The notes beneath the pieces are model-generated. The model had not been told where the DNA came from. It searched no databases and saw only the letters and a program-made list of their open reading frames with translations. Positions 36,662-49,514 of a stretch of DNA of 64,000 nucleotides are shown here, in pieces (within the stretch, counting starts at the first letter, position 1; each line of letters begins with the position of its first letter). Both the position numbers and the translations under genes were made by a program. The DNA lies in NCBI RefSeq assembly GCF_006345805.1, contig NC_043013.1, positions 17,918,001 to 17,982,000 of the forward strand, written 5' to 3'. The stretch comes from Octopus sinensis (taxonomy: Eukaryota).

Positions 36662-38519
36662 CTGGAAGCAAACCATTTTAAAGTAATTCTTAGTATCTGA
36701 TCAATCAGAAAGCTTCTATTCTACATAATCCCATAACCTGTTCAATGTAACACCCAAACTTTAAATAGTTCTGTATATAAAAATATGTCTATAATCACAC
36801 ATAACATCATCATCATATGACAAGTAACATTTTACTGTATAAAAGGTTATAAGGTAACCTCATTAGTGTTGGTGCCATGATAAAAAGTTGACACTTTGTA
36901 AAGTGGTTGATGAACAAGTGAAGACAACATGGAGTTAAAAAGACGTTTTAGTGGTGTCGAGGGCAAGACCACCTCTCTAGTACTGGGGCTATGATACATT
37001 TACCTCGAGTTGGCTTTGATCTAGTAGGTCTATAATTAAAGGCACCCGGCCATGACAGCCCTGTCTTATATTCAGATATAGTGTAAATAAAAACAGTGGA
37101 TCAATAGAATTGTTAGAGCATCAGACGAATTCTTGTAATATTTGTTCCAACATTTTACATTCTGAGTCCAAATCCTGCAAAGATCTACATTGCCTTTCAT
37201 CCTTTTGGGGCCAACAATATATAATACCAGCTCAGGGTGGTTGGACTAGCATTAGAACATTGGACAAAATACGTTGTGGTATTTACATCCCTAATTTATT
37301 GGTAATCATACTAATGTCAAGCTATATGGACACTGGACTTTCTTTTGGACAATATTGGTGGTGGGAGGAAGCAATGAGCTGGCAGAATCATTAGCACACC
37401 AGCTAAAATGCTTAGTGACATTTTGGTCATCCTTATGTCCTGAGTTCAAAATCCACTGGGGTCGACTTTGCCTTTCATCCATCCTTTCAGGGTCAATAAA
37501 ATAAGTACCAGTTGAGCAACTTTGCTCCTACTCCAAAAATGCTGGCCTTGTACCAAAATCTAGAACCAGTATTAGTGGTGGAGGCATTAACTGCATGGGA
37601 AGTTGTTTGTCTTCCAAAAAAAAAAAATACCTTACCCAGTCCATGGTTTCTAAGGTACAAATACATGGTCAAACCCTGACTTATAGGGGCCTCTAATGTA
37701 AATAGACTACACACAATGTAGCCTTCTTTTTTTCAAAATAGAAAGATATGTTGAGGGAATTTTGGATATTATTTTGGATCAGGTAAGTGATCACATAGAG
37801 GTGGTTGCACTGGCTTGTCTACCTTAAATATGTCACCAGTGTTTAATCCCAGGTCAACTCATATTAATTAGACCTATAATAAAGAATGTTCCAATTGTGA
37901 CCATCCTGTCTTTTTTCCAGATTTAGTACAGCTAGAAATACATTATCCATTGCATTTTTTCTTCAAACACACTCGGGTGTGGCTTGATAGAGACTTAGCT
38001 GCTTTTCTAACAGGCCCATGTCAACATGTCATCATCATCAACGTTTAACGTCCGTTTTCCGTGCTAGCACGGGTTGGACGGTTCGACCGGGGTCGGTCTG
38101 GGAAACCGGGAGGCTGCACCAGGCTCAGTCTGATCTGGCAGTGTTTCTACAGCTGGATGCCCTTCCTAACGCCAACCACTCTGTAAGTGTAGTGGGTGCT
38201 TTTTACGTGCCACCAGCACAGATGCCCGGGGAGGCTGGCAACGGCCACGATCGGTTGGTGCTTTATACGTGCCACCGGCACAGGTGCCAAAAACAGAATA
38301 GATGAGTATTGCATGGCAATGAAACAGATTATGAGGGAAAAATCAATCAATACACAGCACACACTTTATTCACTTCAAGATCATGGCTCACTCTTTTGTT
38401 ACTCAGAGTTTCTTGGTATTTGTTTTCTCTTACCTGAGCAATTTCACAGAGTAAGAACTTAATCATCACCTTCAAATAAAGGGAACACACACACACATAA
38501 CGAAAAAACATACACTCAC

Positions 38520-38647
38520 TTGTGAAATTCCAGTTAATTCTTGACAAAATTTACTTAGAGTGGGACATTCTTCAGGCATAACATATTGTTGGAATTCAGC
38601 AACAATTATTCCTGTAGAAGTATTGAGTAGCACGGCAGGAAATTCAA
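38520..38647 (-). CDS. ERI2: ERI2 exon 4
   Basis: (I)EFPAVLLNTSTGIIVAEFQQYVMPEECPTLSKFCQELTGISQ. TTTCAG acceptor, GTGAGT donor. Confidence 0.93.
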
Positions 38648-39139
38648 CTGAAATTGATCAGAAAATAGAAGTTAGAATTTGTCTTCAAGTTGTACTCTCT
38701 CTACTCCCTAATTTAGATTGGTTATTGTGTTTCCTGTTCCTGTGCCATGACTAAAATGGCACTTGTAAGCACAAACAATGTCAAGTTCTGGTTTCAGGGC
38801 TTATCAACTGGTCCCATCTTGGAGATGTGTGTGTGCGTACACACACACACACACACACACACACAATCATAATTTTAATGCTCCCTTTTCCAATCTTGCA
38901 TGGGCCAACTGGAATCTGTTGAGGCAGATTTTCTACAGACAGATGCCCTTCCTATTACAAATCCTCAACTATTTTCTAGTTAGGTAATATTTCTCCACAG
39001 GCAAAGTGGTAAGGTTGTTAGTGAGCTAGGCAAAATGCTTAGTGATATTTCACCCATCCTTTACATTCTGAGATCAAATTCTGCCGAGGTCGACTTTGCC
39101 TTTCATCCTTTAGGGGTTGATAAAATAAGTGGGCCCATT

Positions 39140-39769
39140 GTAGATACGAAGGGGGTTGCGAGGACGGTTAATAGTGACAATTAAATAGAAAACGTGTGTG
39201 GCAGTATATAGTGTGTGTGATTATTTAGTGCTTATTGAAGTGTGTCAATCTTGAGCAGGATTTGAAATGGTTAATCGAAGCAGCTGTTGTTTACATCACA
39301 GTTTTGTCAATCAAAATAACCCATGGTACCAGAACATCCAGACATTATTCACATGTAACAGTGAGAGGTAAGTCTTACTTTGATTTTTTGTAACCCTAGA
39401 GATTCTGCTCACACATTCGCAGGAAACAAGGCAAAGGGCAGACTTTAGATCGTGTAGGTGTATTTTTACCCACTCCGATGTTTACACATGGCCAGTTATA
39501 CGTCGCTATGAGTAGAGCAATGGACTCCAGTAATTTGAAAATCAGTGTTGACCAAACAGAAGATATTGTCTACAAAGAAGTTTTATAAACGTATTGATAT
39601 TATTGAAAGGAATATGATAATTTAAATAAGGAAATTTGTGAACTTTGAATGTATAAGAATATAAACAAGTGTAAAATAGTGTAAACAACTAAAATAAAAG
39701 TATACCGAAATAACATATTTTCTAAATACTTTTTATGTAGTGGTCGAAGGAAGCTCGGGCTTTCATTAG
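39140..39769 (+). mobile_element. Helitron 3' fragment (Pif1-like helicase C-terminus and degenerate 3' end)
   Basis: 39436-39588 reads GQTLDRVGVFLPTPMFTHGQLYVAMSRAMDSSNLKISVDQTEDIVYKEVL*. A degenerate GC-rich hairpin and TTAG (from CTAG?) follow at about 39742-39769. Confidence 0.85.
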
Positions 39770-40275
39770 GAGTGGTCCACATAACCATTCATAATACAGA
39801 GGCTGGGAGCTTATTTCAGTTCAGGAGTGAATCATCATCACATGTCACTTAGTCGCAAACGCATGTCAAACAGCTGCAATAGAATGCTGTATCACCAATA
39901 ATAATGTGATTTCTCTAAGACATCACCCAGTAATCTATGAAGTCCATTTACACATTTCTCAATACATACTGCTGTTATGACTTTCCTCCCTCATTTTATG
40001 CCTCCTTCATAGATGGGTAGATTTGCTGATGATAATAATGTCAATGCTTTTAATGAAGTGATTTTCATAGAAGTGCAAACATAAGCGACATACACACACA
40101 TATGAATGTGTACACTCAGGCACACAAACACACAAGTTATGCTCAGTCTCTGCTCTCACTTTCTTGTCCTCTCTATACCTAAATCCATCATGCCACCACT
40201 CTACCGCGACTATCTAAATAAACCATTTCTTTTCAACATTTCCAAACATATTCTGACAGAGAAATTCTCTCTTAC

Positions 40276-40356
40276 TGATTTCTTGTGGCTTCAGTTTCGT
40301 GTCACTCCAGCATGTTGATTCAAAATCCATCACTATCAGATAATCGAAGGTTTGTT
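40276..40356 (-). CDS. ERI2: ERI2 exon 3 (Exo I motif D-x-E)
   Basis: (K)QTFDYLIVMDFESTCWSDTKLKPQEI. TTTCAG acceptor, GTAAGA donor, 81 nt. Confidence 0.93.
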
Positions 40357-41460
40357 CTGAAATTAACAGAAAAAAAGTCCGGATGGTGAGTGGATGCCAG
40401 AATTGGTAGATCACTGGACTAAAACAATTTGTAGAATTTAGTTTATCTCTTTATGTTCTGGGATCAAACTTCTCAGAACAAAATAATCAAAATATCTTTT
40501 ATCATGAAACAGAGTTTTGTTGAAGGTGATCTCTCTCTCTTTGCAAAAATAATTGTCAAAGAAGAGAAAGGGCAGAGGTAATGCAAGGTTGAGAGGAATC
40601 TTCAGTCATGCTAGAAACAACTTGTGGCAGTGACTCTAGTGCCAGTGGCACATTAAGATGTATGCAGTTTATGCAGTAGGTGCTTGGAGACAGAAGAGCA
40701 TTTATCTGTTAAAATCATGCCTCTCCACAATGGAAAAAAAAATGGAGACAATGTAAGGGTTGGGTTACACTGCTGGCAATGACCTCTGTAGTGTAACAAA
40801 CATGGCTGCTCTCTTCTGTTTTAGTGCATCATCATCATCATCATTGTTTAACATCCGGTTTCCATGCTAGCATGGGTTGGACGAATGACTGAGGGCTGGC
40901 GAACCAGATGGCTGCACCAGGCTTCAATCTTGATCTGGCAGAGTTTCTACATCTGGATGCCCTTCCTAATGCCAACCACTCCAGGAGTGTAGTGGGTGCT
41001 TTTTACATGTCACCGGCACGAGGCCAGTCAGGTGGCATTGGCAACGACCCCGCTCGAATCTTTTACACATGCCACCAGCACAGGTGCCAGTAAGGCGATG
41101 CTGGTAACAATCATGCTCGAATGGTGTCTTTTACGTGTCACCAGCACGGAGGCCAGATAGCCGCTCTGGCAACGATCACACACGGATGGTGTCTTTTACG
41201 TGCCACCGGCATGGATGCCAGATAGCCGCTCTGGCAACGATCACGCTTGGATGGTGCTCTTAATAACCTACTAGCATGGAGCTCAAGTGCCAGTAAGGCG
41301 ACGCTGGTAACGATCACGCTGAAATGGTGCCTTTTAAGTGCCACTGGCACTGCAGTAGATAAAAAAATGGACCGCAGATGCTGTGAGAATTGTCCAATTC
41401 ATACCAGCATAAAAACGCAAATGTTAAATGCTGATGAATCAAATAATCTCATATACTTAC

Positions 41461-41531
41461 TTATTTTATGCCGTTTCACCTTTTTGTTTGCTGGGGATGT
41501 TAGAAGACGTTTTCGAAGGAAGCCAAGCTCT
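41461..41531 (-). CDS. ERI2: ERI2 exon 2
   Basis: (R)ELGFLRKRLLTSPANKKVKRHKI, similar to the recalled human QLGLIRRKSIAPAN. Strong pyrimidine tract and GTAAGT donor. Confidence 0.88.
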
Positions 41532-41959
41532 CTAAAAGTGAAAGAAATAAGAAAAGAAATGTATTAACATCGTTGTCAAAGATGAAAATAATAATGATGA
41601 GCTAACTGTACGCAATGTGCAGGTGCACTACAGCTTGTCAAAAAAAATGAAATAAAAGAGAGGGAACAGAAAGCAATAACAGGAAAAAGTGGTGAGGTTA
41701 GACATCACAATGTTGTGCCTCACAGAAGAGAAAATGACAGACTCAACTTAGACGATTGGCAAAATGCTGTACAATAGGCTGTTGGAGTAGCAGAATATTT
41801 GGTAGGGCAGCAAAGAAAATATGTTGTGATATCTCATATGTGCGACAGACAATATTTATCTTGCTAGAGCTATTTTTAATCTGTAATTTAATATATATGT
41901 ATCCCTTCAGGTAGATGGCCCTGCTCGATCTGTAGAAAAGGTGTAGGTAGAAGCTCCAT

Positions 41960-42280
41960 AAGATGTATCCGGGTGTAAGCTATGGACACATTAGAGGTGC
42001 AGAAATATCAAATAACTGGGAAAATAGATTTTGGGTGTGGCAAATCATCAGGGGCAATAAACAACTGAAAATGTGCAGAAAACAGCTTCCGTCACATGCC
42101 AGGGGGGAAACTAGGAGTAGTTGATAGCTTCCGTTACCTAGGTGACTAAGTCAGTAGCAGGGGGTGAATGCTCTGAGAGTGTAGCTGCTAGAATAAGAAT
42201 AGCCTAAGCAAAGTTCAGAGAGCTCCTACCTCTGCTGGTGACAAAGGGCCTCTTGCTCAGAGTAAAAGGTAGACTATGAT
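41960..42280 (+). mobile_element. RTE LINE fragment
   Basis: Homologous to the 14340-14520 part of the RTE copy (VDSFRYLG...CSESVAARIRIA). Confidence 0.7.
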
Positions 42281-42754
42281 TGTGTGTGATACATATGTAT
42301 CATACAGCAGAGTAAAAGGTAGCCACTTACTTCGCTTAAGCAGCTAATTAAAAAAAAAAACACGAACTACCACTGAGAAAAACATCACACATGGTTCTTT
42401 TCCGAGAATTCGTTAAAATTTCCCATTATTTTACAATAATCCTTTGAAATAGTTAAGGAAGTATATCAACGTCTGGTGCTGTCTTGAATTTTGGAAATAT
42501 TCAATGATTCTTCGGTTTCACGTACTACAAGAGAAGTCATTCTGTGGTGTTAAAGAAGGGCGCCAGGTATTCCACCGACCACTTCAAATAATCCGAAACA
42601 TTTTGAACGATGGAATATGCCATTTCAATTATAAAATACCATAATTACACATAATTCAGAATCTTAAGTAAATAAATGTCTTTACTTAAAATAGTGATCA
42701 TTATTAATCCTTAGTTTAACCAGAAGATCAAAAACTTATTTTTGCAATAGTTAC

Positions 42755-42780
42755 CTGGCTAATTCTTTGGTACTTTTCAT
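42755..42780 (-). CDS. ERI2: ERI2 exon 1 (start)
   Basis: ATG AAA AGT ACC AAA GAA TTA GCC AG|GTAACT = MKSTKELA(R), compared with the recalled human MATKRLAR. The nine exons total 2169 nt = 722 aa plus stop. Confidence 0.85.
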
Positions 42781-43003
42781 TGTTTATGTTCCAGTAACGT
42801 TTAAAGGATTCAAAATTTTCCGCGCCAGAATCCAGCAGAGTTTAATTACTTACGAGTTACTTCCCTTCTATTTAATGCTTGAATTCAACCTGGTGTTGAT
42901 TTCTGACTGTCTAAATTACGTATCTTCATGACAGACACCTGATCGAATATCTGTTGGGTTTCCCTTCCGTCTAAAATTGGTACTTTTTGGTTAAAAAATT
43001 TGG

Positions 43004-44319
43004 TTATATATGGATGGAGGAATCTTTCTGGACTCATGAGTCTCGTGTCTGGTTCCATAGTGGAATTATAACAAAAGTTGTGTATCGTGCACTTACTAAC
43101 AAAAATTTAGTTATCTCCCCAAGTTTTGCCAGAAATATCTGTAATTTTGGTTATCTCCTTCAACTAAAAAATTGTTTAAACCTCAAAAAAAAAAAAAAAA
43201 ATGAAAAATTATTAAACAAGAAAAGTGAAAGGGGAACTTTTCCTTTTGAACGGCACATGTCAACACAATTTCTAGTTAACTAAACACTTTTAAACTTCGT
43301 ATACTGGTAGAATGTGTTCATAAAACATCATTTTTTCTTGGCTTTATTGAGAAAATTCTATATGTTGTAACATATTTCCACTTTAATTTCAAGCATTTCG
43401 ATAATTTTAACCAATCACTGGCGTCCATTTAGCTAAATAACATTCCGTGCTGTATGAATATGTCCCTCGTTTAAGAAACAGATTGGGTTTATTTACATTT
43501 GCGAAGAAAAAAAGATACACTTCCCCCATGCTATACGTACACTCACATATATACATGCATGCATACATACACACACATATACCTATATATACGAGGTCAC
43601 GTACGTACATACATACATATATACACACTTCTTGTTCTCTCACATACATGCATACACAACGACTGTCCACTTGAGATCAAGGAAGATCCTCATTGACCAT
43701 TAAGAACATTGTGCACTCAAACAAATTTATACTTTGCCCTTGTGGCTCTGCTGGTAATTAAAGAGTCCAACTCTTGGTAAACATACAGGTCTTCAGATAT
43801 TGTAGACCAAGCCTTCCCCATGTACTACACTGGCGGTGCGTTTTCGAACAGTTTGCTTAAATTTTCCATGAAGAATGCATGCCTTTTCGAAATCGCTCAC
43901 TCCTTTTATTTGTTTCCTCCATTGGTGGCGATGATAAGAATTGCTTTCCCAATTGATCCCTCATATTCCACAATCCTTAAATCGTAGTCTTGGTTTCTGC
44001 TGGGGACAATTTCCATAAACAACTTCACCTTATGAGCCTCCGATCAAATCAACGTAATCAGTGCTTGGGCACCTCAATGTCCAGGACGTTAGCACCCCCT
44101 TCAAGACCTCTGTGTCTAGAGCCGCAAGGACCAGCCAACATTCAGAATGTATCTAATGGAGGCGTTCAACGACCCTGACATGATGTCCGTAAATGGTTGT
44201 CTCTCATGTGTAAAGGAGCGACATCAGTACATGCACGGTACACAACTTTTGTTATAATTCCACTATGGGACCAGACACGAGAGTCAAGAGTCCAGAAAGA
44301 TTCCTCCATCCATATATAA
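43004..44319. repeat. 88-bp inverted repeat pair (43004-43091 and 44232-44319) enclosing about 1.14 kb
   Basis: TTATATATGGATGGAGGAATCTTTCTGGACTC...GTTGTGTAYCGTGCA; I count 4 mismatches between the arms. Confidence 0.9.
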
Positions 44320-46625
44320 ATACACACATAAATAATGATAGTTATTCCAAAAATCGGTAAAATCAACCGACGCTTCTTGTCAACTTACTTTTACAGTTTA
44401 ATTAGTGATACGAGCTTAGTTGATAATTAACTTTATTTTTTAATCATTCATGACACTAAATATATTTAAGTAAGAAGAATAAAGTCTCTACACAGTCAGT
44501 CGTTCTGCTAGAAATAGTAACTAAATCTTTAAATCATACACAGCCATTTTCATGAAAGACTCACGATAATGTAATCTGAGATACACTGCTAGAGAAAAAA
44601 AAGACTAAGAAACAAAAAAAACAAACTGCTGGTCATATGTGGAACGCCTTTAATCATAAATATGCTCGATCAGATGCCTGATCTCAACTCAGAGATTGTG
44701 TGTCTCATCTTTAAAATCATCTTCGTAATATAACTAATGATGGTAATTCTGATCTGAAATGAGACACTGTTTTAGAATTGGTCTCGTTGTTTAGTTCCCG
44801 GGGCAGCTCTCATCATGTAGGCGTACAATCAAAATCATTCAAGCCATAACCTTTCCCCAAAAGTAGTGTGTCCTGGACTATATTATCAAGTGTATCCTTG
44901 TTTAAAAAGTTGGAGTGTGCTTTGCTATTTTAATACGTGAAATAGTTACGTAGAGACAGATAATTCTGTCTACGTGTACTAGATAAAAATAAAAAGCAAA
45001 GAAAATCGGTGTCTAGCAAGTGGCAACAACTCGATGGCCATACAAAATGTTCCTCTTTAAAATTTAGCCGAACCCAACCTGACAACAACGTTGACAAAAG
45101 ATTGTTTTAATATTTTGTCGAGAGAGAAAGCAATGTTATGATCCGTTATTGCGAGGGAGAAAGAGACGAGAGGGCATTCAAATTATAAGCCCAGCCCGAA
45201 TGCTTGCAGCATTTGGTGCCGTTGTTAAATGGGGTGACTAGTTCATTCTACCTTTCAAGTAAGCCAAAACAGATACTGGAAGGCAGCCGGTCCAACGTTC
45301 TTACAGCCTCGCCACGACTCAGAAAAGACGAAAGGTGAAGTTGATGTAAAACTCCATCGAGATCAACCTTGCCTTTCATCCCTCAGAGGTCGATAAAATA
45401 AAGTGCCAGTTGAGTGCTGAGGTTGATGTAATCGACTAGCCTCCTCCACCTCCCACATTTCAAACCTTGTGCTTATAATAAACAATTATTTGCATTTTCC
45501 TAAATTGATTTGGTAGCCAAGAACCATCAAGTCATCCATAATTCTAGCCATTAAATTTTTAATTTATTGATATTTATATCAAAATTTATTTCTTTATCTA
45601 ACTTTTTGCAAATTCAGCATTTGGTTTTCTGGAATCTTTATCTTCTTTCATGCTTTTCTTATGAGTGTTGAGTCCTGAGTTAAAAGAGCGGTGGGTGGGG
45701 GAAAAATATAGTGTGCCAAGTAGAATACAGATGTTCTTTTTATTTTTCTACTCCAGGCAAAAGGCCCGAAATTTTTGGGGAGGGATCCAGTTGATTAGAT
45801 CGACACCAATGCGCAGCTGTCACTTAATTTATCAACTCCGAAAGGATGAAAGGCAAAGTCGACCTCGACGGAGTTTGAACTCAGAACGTAAAGACAGGCG
45901 AAATACCGCTAAACATTTCGCCCGGCTTGCTAACGTTTCTTATTTCTTTATTGCCCACAAACAAGGACAGACAAAGGGATTAAGTCGATTACATCGACCC
46001 CGAAAGGATGAAAGGCAAAGTCGACCTCGGCAGAATTTGAACTCAGAACGTAACGACAGACAAAATACTACTGAGCATTTCGCCCGGCGTGCTAACGTTT
46101 CTGCCAGCTCATAATTAAATAATGCATACACTACAGCAGATAATCGGTCAACGAGTGAGAGAAAATATGTTTTCCATCCAAAATTTAAGGAGTAATTGCC
46201 TACTTAATAATGTCCACCATCATGCAATAGAATTAAAGAAAGAGTTGGGTGTGAAAAATTGGCAAATCCCTAAAGTAGAAAATACATAGTAATAAATATA
46301 CACAACTTATATATAAGAGTCACAGCAAAATTGCATTAAAGGAGGGTTTTTTTTTTTTTAGTCTTTGGTTTTCAAATTCTATTTCAATAAACGACTGAAT
46401 ATTTTATCCGGGGTAAATTTTCAAGAGGAGCCATAAAATTATTATCGACCGCATTTCGTGATGAACTTCCGAAATTATTTGCTGCGATGAAATGTTGAAA
46501 ATAAGTTTTCTTCTTCTTTTTCAGTCTTTTCCATGCGATATCTGTTAATGTCTAGACATTTCTTTTACCATTTTTTAGCCTATAGTGAATAAAATTAAAT
46601 TTTAAAAAAGAGGTGAACCACCAAC

Positions 46626-46689
46626 ATGGGTATTTTAGAAAAAATTCAAGAAATTGAGCGAGAAATCTCTCGGACTCAAAAAAATAAAG
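46626..46689 (+). CDS. DRG2: DRG2 exon 1
   Basis: MGILEKIQEIEREISRTQKNK, then a GTAAGT donor. MGILEKI points to DRG2 rather than DRG1. Confidence 0.95.
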
Positions 46690-47059
46690 GTAAGTAAAAT
46701 TTACACACACACACACACACACACACGCAGAGAGAGAGAGAGAAAGAAGGAAAGAAAGAGACAGAGAGAGAGCTTCATCAACACATTAAGAAATACATGC
46801 ATGTACAACACATCCATATGTACACAGGTTATCCTTGTATTTTAACTGTGGGAATTAAAAACTTTCTCTGAATAAATATACACCTACGATGGACAAACGA
46901 CCTCGTGTAATTTCTTTGCGAATTAGATTTTAAAGAAAATGATAACTTTATGTTAATTATATTTTGTCACAAATAAGTAATAAAAAGTAACAGATTACTT
47001 GTCCGTTTGTATGTGAATATTGAATCTCTTGTACCAGTTGAATTCCTGTAGTTTATATA

Positions 47060-47099
<40 letters not shown>

Positions 47100-49425
47100 A
47101 CGCGATGGAAATATAAAGAACTCGATTCCCGAAGCAAATTTAATGTAATCATAATTTATCGTATGTATTCTTAACTCAAAATATGCCCCGTTTCTCGAAG
47201 AATTCTTTGTTTTTGCCATAAATGGCTATATACGATCTGAAGATTCAATAAACGTATAACAGATGATGTCTGTTGAATTTGGAAATATTTCAATTACTGA
47301 AAGAAGCAGACGTGTATCCCAGCATGGTCAGTTCACAATAAACAAGTGTATAAGCTACAATTTCTCGTAGTCGTCATTTATTAGGTATTTGGCACGTGTG
47401 TCATATTTTCTAGATTCAAACACTACCAGAGTAGATTTTATCTTTCATTCCGCTGTGGGTCGATAAAATAAGTATCAGTCATGTTGATTCTGTTCACTGT
47501 ATCTTTTCCCTAGAAATGTGCGTTGATGTCAGTGTGAGGAAATATCCTTATTGGAACAATTGTCGATTAGAACGGAGAACGGAATGCCTTGAGTAAAGTT
47601 AACTTAGCTTTCCATCCTCCTGGAATCGATAAAATAAAGTACCTGTCAAGTATCGACCTCGATGGTATCTCCACTCCTACACATTTCTGACCTTCTGTTT
47701 ATGTTAGAATAATCATTATCATCGTCCGTTTTCCTAGCTGGCATGGGTTTGATAGGATCCAACAATTTGCTTCAACGTCTCAGTTTTGGAGTAGTTTGTA
47801 CAATGTGCACTTATTTGTGGTCTTGCTCCTAGCGAGACTAAAGAGATCTCCCAACCTTACATCGTCTCTAATAATAATAATAATAATAACAATAATAATA
47901 AATCAGATCTCATTCTCTGATGGAAAGTGACTAAAGAATGGATCTTCATTGACATAGCAGTGCCTGAAAATTAGAGTAGTGTGGAAACAGAATGAGAATG
48001 TCTTGGCATTTGACTGGGTTGTATTCATAGACCTTCAAAAGTGAGTGTGATTTAAAAAATAATGAGAAACCTGGTAAAATAATTCCACCTTTATTAACAT
48101 AACATGGAACATAATATGACTTGAAATTTTAATAAGTTTTAATTTTGATCACTTTAAAGTCTATAATCTGTAACATTAAGTCAAGGGCAGTTTTGGGTGG
48201 TTTGGTATCAAAAGGGTTAAGGCAAAAATCATTAAAATGTTTGAAAAACTGCTTAGTGGTATTTATTTATTCTGTCCAGCTCTTTATGTTCTGACTTTAA
48301 ATCTCACTAAGGTTAGACCTTACTGTATAGAATTAGACAAAATGGCTGTGTGGTAAGTAGCTACTGTAGTCTTGGGCCTATCAAAGCCTTGTGATGGGTT
48401 TGGTAGACAGAAACTGAAAGAAACCTGTTGTATATATATATATATATATATATTACTCTTTACCCTCTCTTTTTTACCTGTTTCAGTCATTTGACTGCGG
48501 CCATGCTGGAGCACCGCCTTTAGTCGAGCAAATCGACCCCGGGACTTATTCTTTGTAAGCCCAGTACTTATTCTATCGGTCTCTTTTGCCGAACTGCTAA
48601 GTGATGGGGACGTAAACACACCAGCATCGGTTGTCAAGCAATGCTAGGGGGACAAAGACACACACACATACATATATATACATATATACGACAGGCTTCT
48701 TTCAGTTTCCGTCTACCAAATCCACTCAAGGCATTGGTCGGCCCGGGGCTATAGCAGAAGACACTTGCCCAGGATGCCACGCAGTGGGACTGAACCCGGA
48801 ACCATGTGGTTGGTTAGCAAGCTACTTACCACACAGCCACTCCTGCGCCTATATATTCATTTAAAAGAAGAAAAGAAAATAGAGATTAGGAAATTAATAA
48901 TTGTTTATTATTAACAGCAAATTGGTCATCTTCACTTACAGCTGTTTCAATTAATGCTCATTAAATTTTCTTTTGTGTGACATGAGTATAATTTCATCAG
49001 AGGGAAAAGGATGTACCTTTGGATGTTTTATGTGTGCTTGTGAATTCATTGTGTGTCTTTGTGTCTATGTTTGTCTGCCCACCATCACTTGACAGCCGGT
49101 GTTGATATGTTTACATCCCTGTAACATAGTGGTTTGTCAAAAGTGAGCGATAAAATAAGTGCTCAGCTTACAAAGAATAAGTCCTTGGGTCAATTTCTTT
49201 GAGTAAAAACACCCTCTAAGGTGGTGCTCCAGCATGGCTGCAGTCAAAGGACTACAACAGGCTTCTTTTAGTTTCCATCTACCAAAGAAAACACTTGCCC
49301 AAGATATGCTACACAGTGGGATTGAACCTGGAACCATGTGGTTGGGAAGCAAGCTTCTTACGATGCAGCCACCCCTGCATCTAATGATTATGACTTATAA
49401 ATCTTTTCTCTGTTTTTTTCTCTAG

Positions 49426-49514
49426 CCACTGAATACCATTTGGGTTTATTGAAAGCCAAACTAGCAAAATACCGTCAGCAGTTACTTGAACCATCGGCAA
49501 AATCAGCTGCAAGG
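49426..49514 (+). CDS. DRG2: DRG2 exon 2
   Basis: (A)TEYHLGLLKAKLAKYRQQLLEPSAKSAAR. TCTAG acceptor, GTAAGA donor. Confidence 0.95.

Noticed and set aside
41040-41350. Regularly spaced repeats resembling a CRISPR array
   Set aside because: The context is eukaryotic, the units are tandem and lack unique spacers, and the array lies inside a SINE.
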